64,000 bases of DNA from Nitrospinales bacterium (GTDB taxonomy: Bacteria; Nitrospinota; Nitrospinia; Nitrospinales; VA-1): positions 480,001 to 544,000 of the forward strand of contig OZ253496.1 in NCBI GenBank assembly GCA_965262115.1. Reading direction: 5' to 3'. The position numbers and the translations under genes were made by a program. Numbering within the stretch: position 1 is the first letter of the stretch; each line of letters starts with the position of its first letter. The notes beneath the pieces were generated by a model, which saw only the letters and a list, made by a program, of their open reading frames with translations, was not told where the DNA came from and did not search any database. This document shows, piece by piece, positions 33,766 to 42,465 of the stretch.

Positions 33766-34244
33766 CCCATCTGATTTCTCCGGTCAATTTCGCCCAGCAG
33801 TTCTCCCACCGTTTGAATATTAACCAGATCCCGATGGCCTGAAACCATACCAATAATTCCCACACTAAGAGGAAACGGCTCGTCCCGGTCACGCAGAATA
33901 ATCGTCCCTGTTATATCCTTCTCGTTAAAATTGGGAATCTGCTCTACCTTTAGGGGAAGTTTTGCAACCTCCACCTCGATCGTGAATGAATATTGTTTCT
34001 CCAGATACAATTTCAGCTCGTCCACTTCCTCTTGCGATAAAATATAGTTAGCCCGACGTTGTATCCATAACTTCTGCTTGCCGGTTTTCGGCAAATCCTC
34101 GAAGTTCTCAATCAACTGGTCGTAGGGAATCAGCGGTTCATCACGCAAATAGCAGACCCAATCCACCTTCACGAAGTTTTCAGGATTATCACCCGATAAT
34201 AGCCGGGATGAATCTATCAATGAAAAGGCATAATACAGTGTCAC
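33762..34244 (-). CDS. Hypothetical protein
   Basis: 160-aa ORF with RBS GGAG. Confidence 0.65.
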   Translation of the reverse strand: MTLYYAFSLIDSSRLLSGDNPENFVKVDWVCYLRDEPLIPYDQLIENFEDLPKTGKQKLWIQRRANYILSQEEVDELKLYLEKQYSFTIEVEVAKLPLKVEQIPNFNEKDITGTIILRDRDEPFPLSVGIIGMVSGHRDLVNIQTVGELLGEIDRRNQMG

Positions 34245-34379
34245 TCTTAATATCTCCCGTCGATCCGGAATTCAAAATAATACCCATCTGGAAAATTTTT
34301 ATGTACCCCCATGTCGGCAAAGGGTATGATGAGAATCGTTTAATTTTAACCGACACTCGCACTTTTTCCATGGAGAAAA

Positions 34380-34610
34380 ATGGACAACGATAGAAAACTA
34401 ATCAGATTCTCTGCCTCAACAGCATTTTCCGTGGTTTTAGAGTTTGGTAATACTGAAGAAATGAAAGAATACGTAGAAAAAATCAAGAATGCCGGCCTAC
34501 AATGCGAAATCATAGCCGACTTTAATTTAAACTTCGACCAGGCCGACCTGTTCATGGATATGAGAAGCCGGGAATGCCGGGAACAATTTGACCTCGACGA
34601 TTGGATCTAA
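34380..34610 (+). CDS. Small hypothetical protein
   Basis: 76 aa, RBS GGAG, downstream hairpin. Confidence 0.55.
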   Translation: MDNDRKLIRFSASTAFSVVLEFGNTEEMKEYVEKIKNAGLQCEIIADFNLNFDQADLFMDMRSRECREQFDLDDWI

Positions 34611-34671
34611 CCACTCGGCGTACCCCTTTCGGGGCATGAAGACTGATGAGGGATCATAACATGCTGCCAAT

Positions 34672-34819
34672 GAGCAATAGCGTTCTTGGGCAACAGGGAA
34701 TCTAGTCGGCATAAAGAGGCCTTTGCTATTTTCCCCTTGGGGTTCCTTGGTAGCGCAGACAATTAGACAGGAACTCGTAACGCCGAGACAAATTTCGCTC
34801 GCAGTAAAAGCTATTGCCC
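34672..34819 (+). ncRNA. Candidate structured RNA (long imperfect hairpin)
   Basis: Nested helices by hand: GCAATAGC/GCTATTGC, TGGGC/GCTCG, GGAAT/ATTTC, TCGGC/GCCGA, GAG/CTC, CCT/AGG, TGCTATT/GGTAGCG; G-U pairs favour the + strand. Confidence 0.45.
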
Positions 34820-35341
34820 AGTTGCCTCCCCTGCTAAAGGGCGCAATGTATGCAGTCTGTCGGTCAGGGTCTGAGGTTTTTCCTTGCGGTCTTGTAAAAG
34901 GCGGGTGAACCAGTCCAATCCTTCCCCCAGCTTCGGGTCCATTTTTATGGCCCTGTCATAATCAGCAATGGCTTGAGGGTAAAGTCCCATCCGATCCTGT
35001 AAAATACCCCGATTGGCAAAAGAAACGGCAGAATCGGGGTCGCGCTCCAGTACTTCGTTAAACGCCTCCAAAGCGTCCCGATCACGGCCCAACTGCACCA
35101 GCGTCCGGGCTCTTCCCCTTTTGGCATGGATGAAATCCGGATTCTCCCGGATGCTGGTTTCATAGTCCTGCAGGGCCTCTTCATATTTTCCATCGGTATA
35201 AAATCCTACCGCACGACTAAAAGATGGTCCACCAGAGTGAGTTCCCGGTCCTGTCCCTTTATAAAAAGCCCAAGCCAATGAGACGAAGATAAGCGCCACG
35301 CCGATATAACGGATTCCCCTGTCAATCGTGTCGGTTTTCAT
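34811..35341 (-). CDS. Membrane-anchored TPR protein
   Basis: N-terminal TM and three TPRs (GKYEEAL, GRDRDAL, NRGIL..GLYPQAI). Confidence 0.85.
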   Translation of the reverse strand: MKTDTIDRGIRYIGVALIFVSLAWAFYKGTGPGTHSGGPSFSRAVGFYTDGKYEEALQDYETSIRENPDFIHAKRGRARTLVQLGRDRDALEAFNEVLERDPDSAVSFANRGILQDRMGLYPQAIADYDRAIKMDPKLGEGLDWFTRLLQDRKEKPQTLTDRLHTLRPLAGEATGQ

Positions 35342-35407
35342 GGTAAAGGCCGCCCTGGAACTTCCAGGCGTGGCAGAACCGTACGGCTCCGGGGAAGGAA
35401 CAACACA

Positions 35408-35923
35408 TTAATCCTGAAGTTTCCAATGGGCGAGGCGGATGCCCCCTTTCTGGGACCTACGGGCGAATCTTTCGACTCCTTCCGCAATGATTTTTTCATC
35501 ACTATAAACCGCGTTGACGAATCTGGCGACAAGTTCAGGATGACCCTCACCAAATTTAGGAATTTTTTTTCCTACCCAGTCGAAGGTAGATTCATCGGCC
35601 GTATAAAACTTTAAAAAAGTCGAAAGATGTAAAATCAAACTATTGCGCTCCACATTTTGTGGTTTGCGTTTAGAACTTCTTTTTAAGGCGGAGACAGGAA
35701 GCTGAAGACCCCCTATTCTCCTGCGGGAATCCATCCGGTCTTTTTGGGGAAGGTATTTTGCAGCAAGAAAGCATGTAGACAGCACACTGCTTTCCAGGTT
35801 CCCATAGGGAAACTCATTATCGCCCTGTCGCAGTTTCTTCATTCTCTCTATCGCCAATTTGCCCTTCGGCGAATAACAAAAATGGGCACGCCATACTTTA
35901 AATTCTTTAACCGTCTTAATCAT
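35408..35923 (-). CDS. Hypothetical protein
   Basis: 171-aa ORF co-oriented with its neighbours. Confidence 0.55.
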   Translation of the reverse strand: MIKTVKEFKVWRAHFCYSPKGKLAIERMKKLRQGDNEFPYGNLESSVLSTCFLAAKYLPQKDRMDSRRRIGGLQLPVSALKRSSKRKPQNVERNSLILHLSTFLKFYTADESTFDWVGKKIPKFGEGHPELVARFVNAVYSDEKIIAEGVERFARRSQKGGIRLAHWKLQD

Positions 35924-35940
35924 CGAAAAATGACCTTCTG

Positions 35941-36183
35941 TTAATTTTTACTGGCGGGGTCCGTTTCCAGGTTTTGTTCTTCCACATAGGTTTGGCTGCC
36001 TCTCTGGTGAACCATAACATGGTACCAGGGTTTGTCTTTAGGGGGCTTGCTCCGGGCCATATCGTCATACCATTCGTCTGACTGCTTGAACTCCATGTCG
36101 ACGCCTAAAATGATTCCTCGGTAATCAAACAGTTTATGGCAAATAAGTTGCCCGATACAGAACTTTTCTTTTGTAGTGCTCAT
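35941..36183 (-). CDS. hspQ: Heat shock protein HspQ / YccV-like
   Basis: KFCIGQ..HKLFDYRG...KPWYHV..TYVEEQNL. Confidence 0.88.
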   Translation of the reverse strand: MSTTKEKFCIGQLICHKLFDYRGIILGVDMEFKQSDEWYDDMARSKPPKDKPWYHVMVHQRGSQTYVEEQNLETDPASKN

Positions 36184-36259
36184 ATCATATTCTATAATTT
36201 AGATGTTTTTGTTTTTATAGCCCGCTTCCTCTTACTGGCCAAAACTTTATAGAGCATCT

Positions 36260-37111
36260 TTAAACTTTTTTCCTGCACTCATAGGTATCTTCAGAGGTCC
36301 ATTTCACTTCAATATAATCCGGAACCTGGGTTTTATGGTCTATCTTAGCCAATTCTAATTCTTCAGAGGAAATATTTTTTACCTTCCTGAGGTCCACGCC
36401 TTGAAATTTTGCCTCAATGAGCTCTGCCCCGGAAAAATCAGAATCCGTCAAGTCCGCGCCCCGAAAATCTGCATCTCCCAGTTTTGAGTTTACAAAACAG
36501 GTGGAAATCAGGCAAGCCTGCTTTAAACTGGCTTCACTCAAATTGGCTCCCGAGAAGTCCACTTCACGGCAATCGGTTTCATTCAATTCTGCAGCGACCA
36601 AATTAGCTCGGACCATTTTCGCGCCGACCAGTTTTCCCTTGCCCAGGTTGGCGCCACGGCTGAAATAGCCTTCCCGCTGGTACCGCCCCGAAAGTTTGGC
36701 CTCGGTCAAATCTGCACCCGACAAATCTGCTTCAAGAAGACTGGCTTCCACCAGGCTGGTGCGTATCAGGTCGCTTCCGGTCAATATAGCTTGTGAAAGA
36801 TTGGCCCCCATCAGGTCTGCGGAGTTCAAGTTCGCCCCCTCGAAGTTTGCCCGGGTGAGATTGGCTTTTTGTAAATTAGCCCCCGAAAGGTTGGTGTTTT
36901 TAAAGTTCACCCGCATGGCTTTTGCAGAGAAAAAATTGCCTCCCGAAAAATCCGAATCACTCAGATTTGCCGATACCAGATTGGCAGACATGAGATTGGC
37001 ATTTTTCAAGTCCGTGCAGGACAAATCCAGACCCTTCAGGTTTGCACCTTCAAGATTTTTTTTAGACTGCTTAACTTTTTCTTTATCCCAAGTCTCGATA
37101 GGGGAACCCAC
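36260..37111 (-). CDS. Pentapeptide repeat protein
   Basis: A(N/D)LxG repeats; C-terminus resembles that of 33037-33765. Confidence 0.9.
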   Translation of the reverse strand: MGSPIETWDKEKVKQSKKNLEGANLKGLDLSCTDLKNANLMSANLVSANLSDSDFSGGNFFSAKAMRVNFKNTNLSGANLQKANLTRANFEGANLNSADLMGANLSQAILTGSDLIRTSLVEASLLEADLSGADLTEAKLSGRYQREGYFSRGANLGKGKLVGAKMVRANLVAAELNETDCREVDFSGANLSEASLKQACLISTCFVNSKLGDADFRGADLTDSDFSGAELIEAKFQGVDLRKVKNISSEELELAKIDHKTQVPDYIEVKWTSEDTYECRKKV

Positions 37112-37272
37112 TGAATGTTAAAATATTTAATGAAAATCCAATCCTCTTGAGATCGGAGCAAAGAGTACTAATCTATTCATCTCCCAATCCAAAGTCAAAT
37201 AGTTCCTTCAAGAACCTGAAAAATCAGCAAAGCAGGTTAAACGGGGCAGAATAAATATGGAAACAGGGAAAA

Positions 37273-37390
37273 ATGAGGAATTCGATAGCCAATCAGAGCA
37301 GTTTCACTTTGGTAAAGCTGTTAATCGTTACGGCTATTATAGGCATTCTCGCCAGGATCTCCATCCCCGGTATGGGTAGTTTAAGAAAAC
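37273..37390 (+). pseudogene. Degenerate type IV prepilin N-terminus
   Basis: MRNSIANQS-SFTLVKLLIVTAIIGILARISIP matches GFTLVELLIV..IIGIL with G-1 and E+5 mutated; truncated at vsr. Confidence 0.7.
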
Positions 37391-37397
37391 CAATCTC

Positions 37398-37799
37398 TCA
37401 TCCTTTTGTAACCTTTGCAATGCACTTATGTATGTGTTGATTTATTTCATGCTCCCAAAAGCGGATCACCTTCCAACCGAGGGACTTTAAAGCTAGGTTA
37501 TTCTTTTTATCTCTCTCCCTATTTTTTCTGAATTTCTCTTCCCAATACTTGGAATTAGATTTTGGCGTTTGACCACATTTAAAGCACCCATGCCAAAAGC
37601 ACCCATCTAAAAAGATCGCCAATTTCTTCTTTGTAAATACTATATCCGGTTTTCCAAGAAGGTTTTTATAATTCTTTCTCCAACCTCTTATTCCTTTTTC
37701 CCAAAGTTCACGCCGGAATCTCAACTCAATCCCTGTATCAGCTCCTCTAATGGAACTCATTATCTCGGAGCACCGCTCTGAAGAGACCTTATCTACCAT
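37398..37799 (-). CDS. vsr: Very short patch repair endonuclease
   Basis: SEIMSSIR..DT..E, GKPDIV, FLDGCFWHGC, GWKVIRFWEH. Confidence 0.93.
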   Translation of the reverse strand: MVDKVSSERCSEIMSSIRGADTGIELRFRRELWEKGIRGWRKNYKNLLGKPDIVFTKKKLAIFLDGCFWHGCFKCGQTPKSNSKYWEEKFRKNRERDKKNNLALKSLGWKVIRFWEHEINQHIHKCIAKVTKG

Positions 37800-37857
37800 G
37801 ATCTTTTAAATATAGGAGGTTAATTAAAACTTTTTCAAATGGTTTCGCTGTGGATGC

Positions 37858-37883
37858 TAATCATAGTCTGTAGAACAATAGTA
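37858..37883 (+). promoter_or_regulatory. Degenerate C-box operator
   Basis: TAAT-cat-AGTC-TGTA-GAAC-aat-AGTA resembles the GACT-n3-AGTC-TGTA-GACT-n3-AGTC C-box of PvuII-type controllers. Confidence 0.6.
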
Positions 37884-37908
37884 TGCCATTTTCTAGAGTG
37901 CAAAAGCG

Positions 37909-38115
37909 ATGAAAAAGAAAACGTTGGTTCAATTTGGACAAAAAGCAAGAAAGGAAAGGCTGAAGTTGGGTCTTTCCCAAGAAAAACTTGCTGAAAAAGC
38001 AGGACTTCATCGCACCTACGTCGGAATGATAGAAAGAGCCGAAAAAAATATCACTTTAACAAACATAGAAAAAATTTCAAAAGCCTTGGGCCTTCGCCTC
38101 TCTGATTTAGTTTGA
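37909..38115 (+). CDS. XRE-family R-M controller (C) protein
   Basis: LSQEKLAEKAGLHRTYVGMIERAEKNITL; context vsr/REase/MTase. Confidence 0.85.
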   Translation: MKKKTLVQFGQKARKERLKLGLSQEKLAEKAGLHRTYVGMIERAEKNITLTNIEKISKALGLRLSDLV

Positions 38116-38118
38116 AAA

Positions 38119-38420
38119 ATGGACCTCGTTGAAATACAAAAACTTTTAAAAAATAAAAACATAAAAGCTATGAACATAAGAGTTCACGGGGATGCAGTCG
38201 AAAAATATATAGATGTAGAGTTCTCCTATCCCGCCATAAGTAAGAAGTGGGAAGGGACGATTCCTTTTCATTACAAATATTCAGGGCTCCTCCTTCAAAA
38301 GCCAAAAGAAGTTGCAGATTTTTAGAGGATGCCTACGGCAAATTATCTCCAGAAAAAAGAGCTGAATGGGCACAACAACAACGTTCAATATGGAATAGCG
38401 AACATTCAAGGAGGGTTGTT
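38119..38420 (+). pseudogene. Probable restriction endonuclease 5' remnant
   Basis: Directly follows the C gene; frameshift at T5 run (~38319-38323); sequence runs into the antisense MTase stub; identity inferred from context. Confidence 0.5.
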
Positions 38421-38853
38421 ACTGATGAAGTTCAGCGGCCGTTATTTCTTCAATGGGTTTTTCAATATGGACGCTTTGGGAAAAATTCTTTCTAATCGTG
38501 TCAGAGGCATATTTATTAATTTCTATACTTAATAATTTATTGAATCCTGCGTCTACAAAACCTTTGGACATTCCCCTTGCCCCAGAAAACAGATCAACAA
38601 AATTGTAATTAGCTTTTGATGACGTTATTTTGGCTGTGTCAATTTTTTCCCAATTTTGATTTGTTAAATCCTGGTCTAATTTACCCATCAAATTAGAATA
38701 ACTGCTGATGGCATTTTTAGCTCTGCTCTTGCTAAAACCTTTGAGGTTGGCAGATTTATTCATATCATTGTTGCGATTGCTCCCATAACGTTGTTCCTTA
38801 GGAACAAACTCACTAACATCAAAAAGGGCAACTTGTTTTTCAATCTTTTTCAT
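38419..38853 (-). pseudogene. C5-cytosine DNA methyltransferase 5' remnant
   Basis: Motif I FVDLFSGARG, SIEIN..A..T..NF; ends before the catalytic PCQ motif. Confidence 0.8.
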
Positions 38854-39201
38854 ATTCTTGGAAAATTTCAGAACAACATTAGAACAACAAGCGAGTTTGC
38901 CCCCGCAAATATACAGCATCTATGAGAATGATCAATAAAAAAACGGGGCTGTCCTAAAGCGTTGAGAATATGAGCAAAGAAATGATAAGAATAATATAAT
39001 CCAAGGTGTAAAGAGGCACAATCACATACATAAGTTCTGCCTTCAACCTTTACAAGTTCCGCATTTCCATGCTACTCCCCCTTCCATACTTTGCAAGTAC
39101 ATCTGAAATGCTCATGACGTTGCTCTCTTTAGGTTGTAATTTTCACCCAATAAAGAAAAATGGCCTACAGCATTTTATCTGTCCATAGACCATTATTTTT
39201 A

Positions 39202-39278
<77 letters not shown>

Positions 39279-39459
39279 TTATTTGTTTACAATGATTTAT
39301 AATCCAAACAATTTCGGAAAGACAAACTTGTAGACTGCTTTCGGAATATTCACCAAAAAAGGAGAACGGCACGAGCATAGCAAATTTTTTCGTTAATATG
39401 GATCAAAAAAACAGAATATAATAAATCGAAATTAAGGGAAACTGTCCTTAGAGGGATTA

Positions 39460-39642
39460 GGGCAGTTTCGGAAGGGATGAGACGCATGACACTTAAGGCT
39501 GTGACAGATTTCCCGCAACCGGATTCACCCACCAGCACCAGGGTCTCGCCCTTGTGGAGGGTCAGGTCCATATTGTGCGCGGGGCTTTAACGATGTTTTC
39601 TTCGGTGTGAAAAAACGTGCTCAGGTCTTCAATTTCGAGCAT
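39460..39642 (-). pseudogene. Oligopeptide ABC ATPase (OppD/DppD) 5' fragment
   Basis: [20 protein letters not shown], frameshift, then [26 protein letters not shown]; truncated. Confidence 0.8.
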
Positions 39643-39676
39643 GTTATCTTTGAAGGGGAAAAGGTGCCGGACCGGT

Positions 39677-40576
39677 TCAGGGATGGTCATGACCTTCGTG
39701 GTCGTCGTGCCCATCGTCTTCATCGAGGATATCTTCATAGCGGTATTCATCGTCCTCATCAATGTCGTAGCGGTTCAGCCTGGTATCAATTTTTTCCGAC
39801 CACAGATCAATGCCACCTTCCAGACACTTCATGTTGGTGAATCCTTTCTGGGTCAGCCATTTCTGAAAGCTGGGACTGCGATCCTGTTTCCAGTCGATCA
39901 AAACTATTTCGCGATCCTTTTCAAAGGTTCCCAGAATATGCTCATTATTTTCGGCATTGATGATGTGCGAACCCTCGATCCTGGAAATATCTCTTTCCCA
40001 GCTTTCGCGAATGTCCAGCAGGACGGGCTTGTTGCCGGAATAAATTTTTTGCTTCAGTTCCTCACAGGTCATGACGGCAATGTTTTTGTCTGCATGCTCC
40101 CTGTTCAGGCAGTTGATGACCTCTTGTATGTTTTTCCCATGGGTCTGGCATAGAGAGGCCAAGGTTTCGTCTTTATTATATGGAGTCATTGGCATACCAA
40201 TATGAAATTCCTTGAAGAGCACTGTATGAACCTCCGGAAAAATCTGGTTGGCCGATTCCATAGACAGCTCTGCATTGAACTCGCCTCCTGTTTTTTCCAC
40301 TTCAATTTCAGAAATTTTAAGGATGTGATAACCATATTGGGAATGAACCGGGCCGATAATATTTCCTGAATCAGCTTCAGAAAATTCCTGTCCCATAATG
40401 GATTGCAGATTGCCTTCTGGCATCCATCCCAAGTCACCAGAGTTTTCTTTGGAGGGGCAGGTGCTGAAGTTTGTCACCACCTCTTCAAAAGGAGTGCCGC
40501 TATCTAACTGTTTTTTTGCTGCAACGACATCTTCCATGGAATGGGTGAAAATCTGGCTCGCTCGAACCCGGATCAT
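39677..40576 (-). CDS. Parvulin (PpiC)-rhodanese-like fusion protein
   Basis: STCPS..GDLGW...GPVHSQYGYHI parvulin; LLDIRESWE...LEGGIDLW rhodanese; acidic/His tail. Confidence 0.85.
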   Translation of the reverse strand: MIRVRASQIFTHSMEDVVAAKKQLDSGTPFEEVVTNFSTCPSKENSGDLGWMPEGNLQSIMGQEFSEADSGNIIGPVHSQYGYHILKISEIEVEKTGGEFNAELSMESANQIFPEVHTVLFKEFHIGMPMTPYNKDETLASLCQTHGKNIQEVINCLNREHADKNIAVMTCEELKQKIYSGNKPVLLDIRESWERDISRIEGSHIINAENNEHILGTFEKDREIVLIDWKQDRSPSFQKWLTQKGFTNMKCLEGGIDLWSEKIDTRLNRYDIDEDDEYRYEDILDEDDGHDDHEGHDHP

Positions 40577-40894
40577 AGGCTTGTCTCCTGAGTGCTTGAT
40601 TTGTAGAGGGATATGATAGTATGTTAACTATTTGATGTCAAAAGTCAGTTCAAGGGAGCAAAATAACCGCTGGCACTCAAAACGATTGAAGTTTCAGGTC
40701 TTAAATATCATTTTGTCTAAGGGTTTGGTGGTATTGCGGAAAAACAGCGCAAACCCGGAACCATTAAAGACTAAGAAGTCTTATTATGGGAACGTTTTTT
40801 TAAGTTTGGTGATGATAGAAGAACTGACAGCCCTGCCAATGATATGGTGGGAAGGCACAGGCAAACCAAGCCTTTCGCTTTTCAAAGTAAGATT

Positions 40895-41317
40895 TTATTT
40901 ATACAACGCACTCAAATTCCGTTTAGCTTTAGCTTCCCCATTTTTATCCCTGTTCCTACGGAAAAGCCTTGCCGCAAACCTGGTATGAGCAATTGCATTT
41001 GCTTTGTCATCAACCAAACCAAATGCCTTACCAATATTCAAATGGGCATACGCATACTTCGGGTTAACTTTCAGGGCTTTTTTAAATTGACCCAAGGCTT
41101 CTGGAAAACGCTTTGCTCCCCAGAAAGCTTCTCCAAGCCTATTTAAATTAATTTCATCATCAGGCTTGATTTTTAGCTCACGTTGGTATGCCTGGACAGC
41201 ACCGTTAAAATTACCAAATTGTTGGTATACATCCCCTATATCTATATAGGCCTTGTAGTCTTTCGGGTTTTGCCGGATTCGATTTTTAAGAGTTTCCACC
41301 CTTTTCTCAGGTCGCAT
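40895..41317 (-). CDS. TPR protein
   Basis: Three TPRs (AYIDIGDVY, LNRLGEAF, AHLNIGKAF). Confidence 0.75.
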   Translation of the reverse strand: MRPEKRVETLKNRIRQNPKDYKAYIDIGDVYQQFGNFNGAVQAYQRELKIKPDDEINLNRLGEAFWGAKRFPEALGQFKKALKVNPKYAYAHLNIGKAFGLVDDKANAIAHTRFAARLFRRNRDKNGEAKAKRNLSALYK

Positions 41318-41372
41318 AACATGGTTTATTTCACGGCTAATAAACGTAGACTTCAGAGATAACTGTCAATAT

Positions 41373-42260
41373 CTAATGCCCTGCCACCTTTCTTTTCATC
41401 TTTTCCTGGCTAACTGTAACTTCACGAACTGGGAATTCAAAACCCAAATCTAATACCTGCCCATTGGTCAACTCTATTTCTTTCTCAATAATATGCGGCT
41501 CATCATAAACCGGTCGTTTGTCTGCCGCAAACTCCTTTATGTTGTAACCCTCATGCCATGCTATCAGTTTATATTTTCCTGGAGGTATGTCTTTAATTTC
41601 AAAAGCTCCATTTTTATCTGAAATACTGAAGTATGGATGCGGCAATCCAAGCATCCATCCATTCATATGTATATGAGTATCACATTGATATCGATTGATT
41701 CCTCTCACTCTCTTAAGCTTTTTCCTGGTCATCCGATTCCGGTCCGGGAGTGGCGTATTAAACAAGGTAGCCCCATTTGATCCGAATGCGTGGGGATTAT
41801 GCAAAAGATTTTCCATATTATATAAACCAACATTTCTAGTATATACAAAACCAAAAACATGCTCTTCAAAGTTACATAATTGGCTCTCAGGGCGCTGGTT
41901 TTTATCAAGACCGGCATGAAGCACTTCTGGACTATTAACTTTAATCTTTGCTTTTTTATCTGCAAGCGGTTTACCTTCTGGTACCGCTTCAAGATAGACA
42001 GCTGTGAACTTGACACCTCTATTAGTCGGGTTAACCACCAGAGCAGGGTTGAAAACCTCCTGGCCACATTTATCCATATGTTTAAAAACGGTTATCGGTG
42101 GTAGTGCCGGTATATCCCCTTTCCATTTAGCGACACCCCTGATTGTCGCCCCATTTCCAACCTCTATTTCTTTATATTTGATTTTGGCTGCAATAGCAGA
42201 GCCTGCACCAAAATTCATGATCATAGTGGCAAATGCCATAACAAACACTATCTTCTTCAT
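41373..42260 (-). CDS. Secreted cupredoxin-like / carboxypeptidase-regulatory-like domain protein
   Basis: Signal peptide, LHNPH and CDTHIHM (C-x2-H-x2-M), HPYF..SD..G.F.I.DIPPG.Y.L.AWHE. Confidence 0.75.
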   Translation of the reverse strand: MKKIVFVMAFATMIMNFGAGSAIAAKIKYKEIEVGNGATIRGVAKWKGDIPALPPITVFKHMDKCGQEVFNPALVVNPTNRGVKFTAVYLEAVPEGKPLADKKAKIKVNSPEVLHAGLDKNQRPESQLCNFEEHVFGFVYTRNVGLYNMENLLHNPHAFGSNGATLFNTPLPDRNRMTRKKLKRVRGINRYQCDTHIHMNGWMLGLPHPYFSISDKNGAFEIKDIPPGKYKLIAWHEGYNIKEFAADKRPVYDEPHIIEKEIELTNGQVLDLGFEFPVREVTVSQEKMKRKVAGH

Positions 42261-42465
42261 AGTTTGTTCCTCAAATTATAATTACGAAACCTCGTTGCAG
42301 TCGCCATCTTCCAATACGCAAACAAAGGGTAGCATCTCTCGCCACCACCCACAACAAAGACCATACAACAGACCAGCAGGTCCTATAGGCGATGCCAACC
42401 ACTTCCCCATCCCACCTTGCCGTTTGGCTTTTTCTAATGCGCCAAACGGCATATCTCACCCCCGT

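Noticed and set aside
34643..34650. Hammerhead ribozyme core (CTGATGAG)
   Set aside because: No matching GAAA/stem III-NUH arrangement found nearby
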